From Azolla caroliniana (Eukaryota; Plantae; Polypodiophyta), in NCBI GenBank assembly GCA_043228905.1, contig JBHGNT010000015.1, positions 18,848,001 to 18,912,000 on the forward strand: DNA of 64,000 bases, written 5' to 3'. The number at the start of each line of letters is the position of its first letter. The first letter of the stretch is position 1. Below, piece after piece: positions 38,707-50,041 of this stretch. Made by a program: the position numbers and the translations under genes. Below the pieces are notes generated by a model. The model had not been told where the DNA came from. It was given only the letters and a program-made list of their open reading frames with translations, and ran no database searches.

Positions 38707-39661
38707 CATAGAATGAACCATATGTATCATACGTGCATTCGCATTCATGATTTGATCAAACGTGTATGGTAAATCATCTCAAAGTTGGATTGGATCAACT
38801 AGGGTCTATATTATATATTGATTCACTCTCAATCCCAATAAGTGGACTCTAATCCATTGTGAACCACCAACATAAGTATGGTTGCAATATTTGCATTGTA
38901 TCACATCCATACTTTTGAGATGCGAATCAAGAAATCTCTATTATCCTCACTTTAGAACTTTACAAAAAAATGAGTATGAACTATAGAGATTGAATCAAAA
39001 TATGTCATTATAAATTATAATCAAACGTTCAAAAACTCATAAAATGTATATTCGAGATAATGAAGAAAACATGACATAGGCAACAGTAGCATAACAACTT
39101 ACCACTAGGGTGACCTAATTTCTAATAACAAAGAAAGAAAGAAAAAGGAACATTACACTAACATAAAATTTTGCCATGACACAGGTAGTAGTAGCATAAC
39201 AACTTACCACTCGGGTGAGCTAATTTCTAACAACAAAGAAAGAAAGAAAAAGAAGAAAAAGGAACATGACACTAACATAAAATTTGCCATGACACTAACA
39301 AGAGGATATGAGAAAGTTGGGAATTGACCCCAGGACACAAGTAATAATAGCACAACTTACCACTAAATTGTGCTTAGTTCTGATGATAAAAAAATAAAAG
39401 AAAAAAAATATTATAACACCAACATAAAATTTTGCTATGACATGGTACTAATGAGAGAGAAAGAAAGAGATGAGAAAATTGGGAATCGAACCCAAGACAT
39501 AGATAAAAATAGCATGACTCCTTACCACTAGGGTGAGCTAAATTGTATTGATAATAAATGAAAAAAATCGAAAAAAAAAGGACTACGTATTTTTCACGTT
39601 TCAAACGTGTTCGTTTCCAAACGTTTGAATGCTTGCATGAACACGAATATTACGTTCTATG
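38707..39661. mobile_element. Non-autonomous hAT-superfamily DNA transposon (955 bp) in Copia C integrase
   Basis: TIRs CATAGAATG / CGTTCTATG; 8-bp TSD CCTGCAAC/CTTGCAAC; subterminal AAACG motifs; host REFSCRYTP is restored on removal. Confidence 0.85.
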
Positions 39662-41706
39662 CTTGCAACTGAATTCGCGCCAAATTCCCATTTGTTGCAG
39701 ATACCTGTTGAATTGGTTGGAAAATTAGTCTTTTCCGCCATCCAACCGCAGACACTTGATCTTCCTCCCTATTTCCCATTCTATGAAGCTTTTGAGGTCC
39801 CGAAAACAGTCGAAGACTTCACTCTTCTTTTCAATGAGATAGATCCACGTGTGTTGCGTGTAGTTGTCAATGAAGGAGACAAAATATCGACTCCCGCCAA
39901 GACTAACATTCTGTGCCGGTCCCCATACATCCGAATGTATCAAGTCAAGCTTGTTTCGGCTCCGGTTATGCTCGTTGGGGAAAGGAAGTCAGTGTTGCTT
40001 CCCTAGCTGGTAGGCTTCACAAATTTGGGCCATCCGGCCACTGAATTTGGGCAATCCGAACACAACTTGTTTCGATTGCAAGTTCTGAAGCCTTTGATAG
40101 TTGATGTGGCATATCCGCTTGTGCCACAAGTCGATATCCGACGCGACTTTTTGTCCTTTTGTGAACATTACGGTGCCAACGTCATTGGTGTCGAGGATAA
40201 ACATCCTCCCGTCTCTGCGCCCTTGCGTAATAACTTGGCCTTCCTCCTTGATGAAGCACCTGAGATGCATGAACCGAACTTGCATTCCCTGGTCGACGAT
40301 TTGCCCGACCAACACCAGATTCTTCGTGATTGTCGGCATATGTAACACGTTCATGAGTTTCCCTTTTTGCCCAACATGGCTCAAGGGAACTTCACCGACA
40401 TTCTCGATCGGATGCAGAGTGTTGTCTCCTGTTGCGACTACTCCCGATTGCATCGGTTTCTCAAGGTATGAGAACCACTCCTGATGGCTCGTCATGTGGT
40501 TTGACACGCGGGAGTCAATGTACCACACCTCGTTCGATTTCAGCGTGGTCTTCTTCATCGAGTTCACCTCGTGTCTCGTCACAAAGGTTGCCCCCTTTCC
40601 GACTTTTTCTGATCCTTCGGCGTAGTGCGATCGCTGCCGATTTCCTTTGTCAATTTGTTTGGATCCGGATCCGGTTTTCTCTGAATTAGCGCGCTTCTTC
40701 CAACACTCGCTCTCCTTGTGGCCTTTCTTGCCACAGTACCAGCATTACGCAACGGATTTCCCTTGCCGGTTCTCGTCGCCTCAACTCCCCCTGTTTCCGG
40801 AGGGTCCGGAATTGCTGTCGGCATCACTTCGGTGCCTTCTTCCTTGATCTCGTCGGCCGCCTCCATTACACACCAACTCGCCTTGTCCTCCATGACCACA
40901 GGGCCTATCTCCCTCCGTGTACAGCATCTTGCTGTCGGCGTGCGTACTTGTCGACGCACCTGCGTGGTTCTCCTCTATAAGGAGCATTGACTGTAGGTCG
41001 AAAAATGACGCGTATTCTCCCGTGTGCACACAGCAGTTCGGAACGCTCGGAACTTCGACGCTAGTCCCCCAAGACAGATCTGCACCATTTTGCCTTCCTC
41101 GACGTTCACATTGATGCAGGCTAAGGAGTCGCATATATCTTTGATCTTTGAGGTGTAATCAACCACCAACAAATCGCGTTGTCACAAGTTGCTCAACTCC
41201 TGTCAAAGTTGGAGCTTTCTGGCTGTGGTGCTTTCGGCGAAAATCTTTTTCAGATTTCCCCAAGCATCCTTCGGCGTTTTCGCATCCCGAATATAGCTTA
41301 GAAGTTGTTCGCCCACACAAGACACAAAGTAGTAGAGAACTCTGCTCGCCGACTGTTCCCAAGCCAGAAAGTCTTCGTGTGTTGAATCGGGTGCTGTGTC
41401 ATTTGCTCCGTCGACATAGCTCCAGTATCCATGCCCGAGGAGGTACTGGAGCATCTTGTATGACCAAGACGCGTAGTTGTTTCTATCGAGCTTCTCGATC
41501 GGAAGCGAGCTAGCCATGTCTCTATCCATTTTGTTTTCCTGTTCTTTATGAAGGTTAGGTTTTCTTCTCGAGCTAAGGTCAGCTACAGAGGTTCTCAACC
41601 CTCTCACTCTGATACCATGTGAAAAGAACAACGTGCGGAAGCAATAGAAAACTAAACGTAGAAAAGAACACAGGTTTAATGGAAACCTTGGACACACACA
41701 GTACGC

Positions 41707-41708
<2 letters not shown>

Positions 41709-41761
<53 letters not shown>
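41709..41761. repeat. (GA)n microsatellite expanded in the 5' LTR of Copia C
   Basis: Long pure GA run; much shorter and degenerate in the sister LTR at ~35507-35543. Confidence 0.9.
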
Positions 41762-41770
<9 letters not shown>

Positions 41771-42108
41771 GGGGAGAGAAATACACACAACACTCTTCAA
41801 AATAATAATACTCAATCTGTACATAGGATGTGCTCAGTGAGCACTTTTATACAAGTCCATACGGACTGACGAAAGTACTAACACGTACTTCAATGGTCAT
41901 AATTGAGCTCTACCCTAACTCCCAAAATATATTCCTACACGGAATATCTTTCCAATGGCCACCGCTACGGCTTCTTGTTGCGCATTGGTTTGCGTAATAG
42001 TTTACGCACCCGGTTTACGCACCAGTCCGGCCTAACCGATCGGTCCCAACTGATCCGGTTCTCGGCTTGCATAGCCGATCCGGCCAATGTTGAGCTTGTA
42101 TCTCAACA

Positions 42109-42670
42109 AGGTTATTTACAAATCTATCCTCGAGTCGGCTTCGGTTGACTCGGCTACTAGCCAAATCGATTATTCGGTTTGTCGATTTTTCACTCAATCA
42201 ATTTTTGGCCTTGACCGAGTTACCCATTGAATCTATCCAATTCGACTCGGGCTCTTCCCATCTTGAGGGACTAACTTTCCCAACAAAAACAAGAGGTTAA
42301 CATAATAGGAATAATAATATTAAGGTAGGATAAGCAAAATTAAGATCAAAGAAACCCCTTCTAGGCCGAGAACTATTAGATTAAACAAGAAAAAAAAACC
42401 CTTTATAAGATAGGGTGTACAACGATTCAAGTAGGCAATGTGTATTACAATGGTGGCAACAAATGTTAATCACTAAACAAGAAACGAAGGCGGAAATAAG
42501 ATAGGAGGGGAGGGTTGAAGCTTTCGGTGTAGGTGAGTCAAGTGGATCGTCGAGACCGCAACTACCTTAGACGACTATGATGCCTCGATTCAAAGTAGTG
42601 TTCTAAAGCCACCGCATCCTCTCTTCGGAAAATCAACATGTGAGCTTGTCGAACCTCTCCTTAAGGCTTC
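42109..42670 (+). repeat. ~560-bp direct duplication, copy 2
   Basis: Starts at the first base after the Copia C LTR; matches 34855-35415. Confidence 0.92.
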
Positions 42671-44715
42671 CAAGTGTTAAAACAAAAAGACGAAAAAGAC
42701 CTCCCAAAATCGCTAAAACGCCAAAAACAAACTAGAATAGTAAAATGTGCCCTGACCCTCTTCTCCTCCTTTTATAGGGGGAGGGTGTCTCATTTTCTTT
42801 TAATGCAAATATTCCTATTTATCTTCGAAAATGAAAAGAGAATAAATAGTCTTTAATTCGTTGGAGGTATTCCGAATATGCGCATTCATTTATTATAATT
42901 ATATTTTCATAACTTTATATTGACAATCTCACACTCCTTTTCTTTTCACATCTTTCTTCTCTTTTCTTCCACGCGCATCCACCCTTCCTTTTCTGACTTT
43001 CTACCTTTGGCCGCACCACATTGTGACAACACATTACATGCAACTATGAAATGCTTCTTACAATAAACTAGATTGCAAAATATGTTTGTCTAAATTAAAT
43101 AGATAATTAACAAATTAAGAAATATATGAGGTGTCTTAGTTAATAGATCGTTGTTAAGCAATAAACTTGTACACCTCAATTTCAATTAGTGGGAAAAAGT
43201 TATATGGAGAAAGTAAAGTTCTCTTAGTGGATACACATGGGAGAGAATGAGGACCAAAAGGTAGCCCCAAATGCCTTTTTTACACTATAACTCTTGCACT
43301 TTTATACATGTTGGAAACTTAAATGGGTTTTTCTCACATTACAAGATCGTAGGGCATAAGTCATTGCTACATAATAAAGGGCAATTCTCCACAAATTACA
43401 ATATAACCATGAGTAAAAATATGTCTGCGGAAGCGTATGTGGAAGACACAGAGTACACAATCAATTAACTGGAACTATAACAATTAGGTAAACACGGAGT
43501 AAGGGTAAAAGAGAGAGACTAAGTGAGACCAGACTATCAACAATTCTATTACAGAATACTCAGTACAAACAATAGTGCTCAAATGCACTTTATATATACA
43601 ACCCCATCTTATAGGGTTGTCATGAAGTACTGACATGTACTTCAATGCTCTTAAAATAGCCTCTGACACTAACTACCTATCTTAGGCCTATTTACTAGAA
43701 TAGGTCTAATCGACATGTGTGACGTTCCGAATTGGCTTCACAGCCGCTCCATCATGCGGATCCGACATCCAATCTGGAACCCAGTCCAGAGCATAGGCTT
43801 GGCCTAGCCAATCAGATTGATTCCTGTTTGGCCTACTTGCTTGTCCGGCCGGTTCGGCTCATGTTGAGCTTGCTTGTTAAACACTCCCCCTCAAGCTCAA
43901 CCTATTTAGTCTGTACCTGTCCTTTATCCTTTCACACCTAGGTCATCCGGTCCGACCAACAACTCGTCCTTGCAACTGACTCCTCCTGGCATCCTCCCGC
44001 CTGGCTCGAGCTCCACGTTGTCGTAGACTTCTGCGTGCATGTGTCGAAATGGGGCGGGACAATGGGGGTCTTGGACCAAAGAGCCCGTGAGAGTAGGAAG
44101 GTCTTCCGGATATATTCGCCGGATCGGTTACCAGTCACGTACCCGGTGTCGCGATATTCCGTGAAGATGTGTAGAAATGGGGCGGGACCACCGAGTCTTG
44201 GACCAAGGAGCCGGTGAGGGAGAAGGGTGGTCCGAATCGAATTTCGGATAGCTTTGTCGGATCGGTATCTGGACACATATTCGATCTGGAACGATACCAG
44301 GATCCTGACCGGTTAGCGCACGGACCTGAAGAAGTGTATTGTTCCGGACAGGATGCCGGACAACAACGATGAGCTCACAGGTTCATGGACTCGGACATGC
44401 ACACAACAGAAATAGAACGAGGAGTAAGAACACAAGCTCGAGGCGCGGCAACCACACAACAATTAGGAACAACGCGGGAATACCCAAACACAAGAAGAGA
44501 CCCAGAAAACATTAATGCTTAAGAGAGACCCTGAAAGAGTACAACCAATCGTGGCCGGCATCAGAGCTTCAAGCTCTACACACCTACATGCACACACACA
44601 AAGAATGATGAACCTCTGGTCGGGAGCTCACAGGCTTCCTGCGCGAGCATAGGCTTCACCTTCTTCCTCGAATCAATACAAAGCAGAAGAGAGAGGGAGA
44701 GATCTTGGCACTAAA

Positions 44716-47172
44716 TGTTACTAGCCGGCAAGGAGTCCAAAATACGGAGTGAAGGAATTAATTAAGTATGGTTGTAAATAAGCATAGTGTGGACGGACGG
44801 ACTGGAAACGGTATGCCGTTCCAGATCCGGACGGATCCCGAATAGGTGCGATAGGCACCGTTTTGTACTACGGGCCGGAAACCTATTTAAAGGCCCGGAC
44901 CCCATTGTAATCGGAGCGGATAATTAATAGAGCGTATGGTGTTTATACTTCTGTGTTGATTTCCGTTCTGTAATTACTGTTATATCTTACGTGTGTAATT
45001 AACAAAAGCGCTCTAATCATGTAACCTACTTAAGTCAGTGTAATCGTTGAGTCATAATCCTATGCCGTAATCACCCTTTGGTGAAGTGTCTCCGTGACAC
45101 CTTGTGTTAGGCCTTGTCCGGTCAGAGAACAACACAGTTTTGGCGACCACGATTCCTGCTTTCTCGCAGCGAACGACGGCTTAATGGATGACTAGACCAA
45201 CGCACGACCTGGTTACAGACCGAGCTCGACGCCTCGCCGAACGGCAAAGACGGCGTGAGACTTTCCAGCAAGCAGCGCACGAAATTCGCTCGGATCGTTC
45301 GTTCTCCAACGTGATCCGGAGTGTCGCGGAGGAATCTCTTCGGTTACAGCAAACTCGCGACCAGGACGATGGAAGCAGTCTAAGTGGTCTCCGGGAAACC
45401 GAACGCCTCCTCGAGGCGCTGGCAAGCGGAGAAAACGAGGCAGAAGCCTTTTCAGCCTACGAATCGGATTCCGAAGGGGGATACAGCGTGCACACGAACT
45501 ACCGGAGCAGCAACGATACCCCCGGCGGCCCGGAGGACGACGGGTCGGATACCGTGCCGACTCCAGAACCGGAACCGTTCGACCAGGGCTATCCGGAACC
45601 GCAAACGGAAGCCGTCAACCCACCAACACCGGAAGTGGAAGAAGCAAAGCCACCGACACCAACGAAAGAGCCGGCGAAGGTACCGGAAGAAGAGCCGGTG
45701 AAGGAACCGGAAGAAGAGCCGGTGAAGGAACCGGAAAAAGAACCGGAAGTGGAACAGGAGAGAAAACCGGAAAGATATCGACAAACGCCACTAAACCGCG
45801 GCTTAATACTGGACGACGACATGCCGTTCCAATACTCAAAGTATCGCGATGATCCGGACGCGGAAGCGCATGTTCATGCCTTCGAGCAGACATGGGAAGC
45901 AAATCACGCGTCCCAGCGATTGACACCGGAGGAAGAAGAACGCACGAAGATAGCGGAATTCGGGGTCACGTTGGAAGGACCAGCGGCACGATGGCGGCGG
46001 ACGCAGGACCCGGCGACCATCACAACCTTTGCAGAATTAAAAGCAAAATTCTTGCATTTTTTCCACAAGGAGGTCGACTAGACGACAATGGTGGGCCTGT
46101 TTTATACGATCCGACAGGAGGCAGGGGAAAGCATTCCCCAATTCGTCATCCGTTTCCAACGAATGCATAGCCAGCTTGCCCGTGCACCCCCGGAGGAGGA
46201 ATTACGGACGATATTTTTAAACGAGGAATTACGGACGATATTTTTAAACGCACTCCGGGAACCGTTACGCACGGTGTGTACGGTGATCGACTTTCGAGGA
46301 AGCACCATTGACCAGGTCATTGACCGGGTCAGAGAAATGGAAAAGTCAAGCTCATGGCTTACACTGGGAGCACTGCAACGGGCGTTACCCACCGATGAAG
46401 ATCTCCGGTTCCGGCAGGCAATTCAATGCACAATCTGCTTGAATGCCTGACACTCGGCAGTGGAGTGCACCATGCGAACCCAGTGTGTGATTTGTCAATC
46501 CAAGAGTCATACAACGGACCGGTGCGAGTATAACCTGCTAAACCGACAAGCACCACCCGTCCGACGGATCGAGCCAAGAAGCAGCCGAGACGAAGATGAA
46601 GATCGTTGGCAAAGAATGAACCGGTACCGACCGGCACAGGATGTCCGGTACGGAGACAGACAAGAGAATGATGGCCGGTACGGGGATCGGCATGATAACT
46701 ACGACCGGTATGAGCGATCGGACCATTATCGGGAGTCCAACAAACGACACGAGCAATACGACAGAGACCATTCCCCTGGTTACTGAAGGCACCAGGAGGA
46801 CTACGGCCGATGTAAATAAGCATAGTGTGGACGGACGGACTGGAAACGGTATGCCGTTCCAGATCCGGACGGATCCCGAATAGGTGCGATAGGCACCGTT
46901 TTGTACTACGGGCCGGAAACCTATTTAAAGTCCCGGACCCCATTGTAATCGGAGCGGATAATTAATAGAGCGTATGGTGTTTATACTTCTGTGTTGATTT
47001 CCGTTCTGTAATTACTGTTATATCTTACGCGTGTAATTAACAAAAGCGCTCTAATCGTGTAACCTACTTAAGTCGGTGTAATCGTTGAGTCATAATCCTA
47101 TGCCGTAATCACCCTTTGGTGAAGTGTCTCCGTGACACCTTGTGTTAGGCCTTGTCCGGTCAGAGAACAACA
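44716..47172 (+). mobile_element. Gypsy-type element with Arg-like PBS, internally deleted (gag only remains)
   Basis: TSD CTAAA (44711-44715 / 47173-47177); 5' LTR 44716-45134; 3' LTR 46811-47172 lacks first 57 bp; about 4 differences in 362 bp; PBS-like TGGCGACCAC 45141-45150 (10-nt match to tRNA-Arg only). Confidence 0.88.
45188..46786 (+). pseudogene. Retrotransposon Gag with E/P/K-rich N-terminus, capsid and two CCHC knuckles; two in-frame stops
   Basis: Three same-frame ORFs (45188-46081, 46088-46450, 46460-46786); AEFGVTLEGPAARW, IRQEAGESIPQFVIRF, CTICLNA*HSAVEC, CVICQSKSHTTDRC. Confidence 0.82.
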
Positions 47173-48034
47173 CTAAAACCGACAACACTTCGTCCTCCCA
47201 ATCGTCGATCCCTAAAATAGTCTCCAACCCCCCCTTTTATAGAACAAGGGGAAGCCGTTACATCGGGGTTACATCACCAATAAAGACAGTCGTTTTCTGT
47301 CCTCCCCGATTCTCTCCTCGATCTCCTCTCCTCAATCACCTTTATTCCTCTACTTGTGTGACCATAAAGTACCTGCCAATCACACCTACCTAGTATTCAT
47401 CAACACTTAAACTAATACTACACTATTTACACATGTTTGTACATATAGATCATTTTCGTGCACACCCCTGTTCAGGTATATTCGGGCCCATTTTCATCCT
47501 ATGGCCGGAATTCTTCACGACAACGTCCAATTTGATTCCGCGCACGTCGACCCCTAGGGTCGGCATGTCTGCTCGTCAGGCCCTTCTCAGCTCCCTCGAT
47601 TTCGTGGTATTAGCACCCCTCAACCCATCTACTCCATTGTTTCGGTGTCAACTTCAGTTGCCTCCTCATCTTCTTGGCCTTCACAAGATCTGTCTTATTT
47701 GTATCATTATTCTCTATTGAATCGGTTGTCTCCGATTCATCTTCTCCTAAGCCCTTGATCACATCTGACCACGTCCTAGTCTTGGCCTTTATCTTCAGGT
47801 CGGCTCTGCCCCTTCTTGGCTCTGCCACCTGCCTTGCTTTTCTCGACTCTACTTCCCCCTTGTTCAGTTGGCTCCGACTCCAACTCGTTCTTTTGGCCAA
47901 TCCCCTTGCATCCGTCCTTGGCTTCTTCATTTGACTCGGTTTTCCGAACTTCATCTCTCTCACTCTCGCTCTCGCTTCTCCCCCTCAAGTTTGGCATGTC
48001 AAGGTGCTATAAGCCAAGCATACTTGAAAATTGC

Positions 48035-48420
48035 CGCAAGTTGTCTAGGCCGAGAGGTTTGGTGAAGATATCAACGACCTGGCGATCTATCGGAACATAC
48101 ACAAGTTCAACTTCACCGAAGAGAACTCTCTTGCGGACAAAATGGTAATGCACCTCAATGTGCTTCGTGCGAGCGTGGAAGACGAGGTTTTTGGCTAGTT
48201 GGATAGTGTTGTCACAATATATCGGAACATACGCAAGTTGTCTAGGCCGAGAGGTTTGGTGAAGATATCAACGACCTGGCGATCTATCGGAACATACACA
48301 AGTTCAACTTCACCGAAGAGAACTCTCTTGCGGACAAAATGGTAATGCACCTCAATGTGCTTCATGCGAGCATGGAAGACGAGGTTTTTGGCTAGCTGGA
48401 TAGTGTTGTCACAATATATC
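48035..48420. repeat. 189-bp tandem duplication in Copia D RNase H with 8-bp templated filler
   Basis: Copies 48035-48223 and 48232-48420 are separated by GGAACATA. Confidence 0.9.
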
Positions 48421-48833
48421 AATGTCGGCTTGGACACCTCCATTTGCAGATCCCTTAATAGCCTCTTGAGCCATATAGCTTCAGATGTCACAATAGTCAC
48501 TCTATATTCAGTCTCGGTGCTTGACAATGCATCTGTCGGTTTCTTCTTATTGCTCTAGGTGATCGCGACGCTTCCGAATGAAAATGCAAAGCTGGACGTT
48601 GACCTACGATCATCGACATTATTGGCCCAATTGGCATTTGTGTAGGCGACTAACTCTTCGGCTACACCAGTTTGATACAATGACACCTTGTCCTTAGTGT
48701 CGTTGACATATGTCAAGATCCTTTGCACGCACTGAAGGTGTTCGTTCTTCGGATGTGACATAAACTGACTTATCAATCTGACTGGATAGCTCAGGTTTGG
48801 ACGAGTGATGTCAGGTAGATCAGGCTTCCGACT

Positions 48834-50041
48834 TTTTCAGCCAGCCTTCCCCATCACACAAAACCCCATGTGTACACATGTTTACCATAAATAGGATACA
48901 AAATTCTCAACACTCTTTTCCATACTGCTCTAGCTATAGGACGTACCCATAAAACATGATGCACCGTTTCATTGGGAAAAGCACAATTGTCACATTTTAA
49001 ATCGTGGCGATGCCCCTTCATCCATGACTTCACAAGGGTGCCATAATGTACCAACAACCATCTAAACAAGATAGTTGTTCTAGGAATTTGCATGGCCCAT
49101 AGCCATTTCCAATAAGCATTTAACCAAGAGTGTCCTACATTACCTAAGTTCCAAATTTTACATGCTGCTGGTGTAACAACCACACGCCTCCTTAGCAATT
49201 CTCTACCCATTTTTGCCGAGTACTGGAAAAATGGGATTTGCTTGCCTAGCATTCCTTGTGGTAATATGCTTTTCCATTTCCATTCATTGGGATCCCACAA
49301 AAGTTTGTCAATGGGCTTATTATCGTAAACCCACAATTCAGATAAATTGTTTATATCATTTGGGTGTGGATTAAACATCCATTTTTTATCGTTTTTCCAC
49401 AATATACGAACAAGCAACATACTCCCTTGAGATACAACTTTGTCTTCCATAACAATAGAATGAAGCCATCCAGACCGCAAAACATCGAAATATAGATAGT
49501 CATGAGAGTTTTTATAACCTCTGGCCCCCAACAAGACATTTAAGGATGAAAACATACCATACCAAAATAGACCACTTTGAGAAGGCTGAAAGAAATGCAT
49601 CGTAAACACTCTATCGATTTCTACATACATAATGTTTCCCCCCCAAATTGTGTGACAAACCTGGGTTTTGTTTTCAATTGTCGAAGAAGAAAAATATAGC
49701 CAATTCCTTACCGATCCAGCTTCTCCTCTACAAAATCAGCCCATTTCAACCTAGTTCTTTTCCCTAATATTCCCCCCTTTGATAGAAATAATGGGTTCAT
49801 TATTAGGGGTTGTCGCAACCATTCCTCCATACATGATGGTAGAGATTGGACCAAGTTATGTTTCAAATCCCACCATGCCTTCATGATACCCCGAAAAAAC
49901 TTTGAAAAATATCAAGGGAATGATTAAAATCTCTTAAAGACCACCATCTAATACTATCTTGCTAGTTGCCACCTGTAGAAGGCATAACCTTAACCATTTT
50001 GTGCCTTAATATTTTTTTCCAGGGCTCCCCACCTGGCAACA
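48834..50041 (-). mobile_element. L1-type LINE ORF2 fragment (zf-RVT region), truncated at both ends
   Basis: ORF 48854-49630 with WLWAMQIP..FRWLLVH..CDNCAFPNETVHHVLW..ARAVW; perfect 13-bp TSD CAGGCTTCCGACT (48821-48833 / 50042-50054). Confidence 0.88.

Larger units (their letters stand above)
35417..42108 (-). mobile_element. Ty1/Copia element C, full length, decayed
   Basis: LTRs 35417-35852 and 41618-42108, PBS rc CTCTGATACCA 41607-41617, PPT rc CTCCCCCTCAAGCTCAA 35853-35869; gag ATG 41529 (MDRDMASSLPIEKLDR), INT, RT and RH fragments. Confidence 0.92.
34455..42925 (-). mobile_element. Solo LTR (~640 bp net, probably Gypsy) hosting a nested solo LTR and Copia C
   Basis: Plus-strand TGAAAC (34455) ... 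TTGACA (42925) flanked by 4-bp TSD ATCT on both sides; minus-strand TATAAA box near 42775. Confidence 0.72.
44019..47522 (-). mobile_element. Solo LTR (~1.04 kb net) of the Trp-primed Gypsy-type family, containing a nested element
   Basis: TGTCGTAG...TTCTTCACGACA, perfect 4-bp TSD ACGT (44015-44018 / 47523-47526); termini and CCTTTTATAGAACAAGG block shared with LTRs 5669 and 53164. Confidence 0.85.

Noticed and set aside
39080-39545. Repeat-spacer-like array resembling CRISPR, or real tRNA genes
   Set aside because: Eukaryotic context, spacers are homologous to each other, no cas genes, and no complete cloverleaf could be formed.
44773-47172. Apparent complete TR-GAG element with two 362-bp TG..CA LTRs
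   Set aside because: No TSD at 44773 and no PPT before 46811; the true 5' LTR starts at 44716 (TSD CTAAA), so this is a post-insertion deletion.
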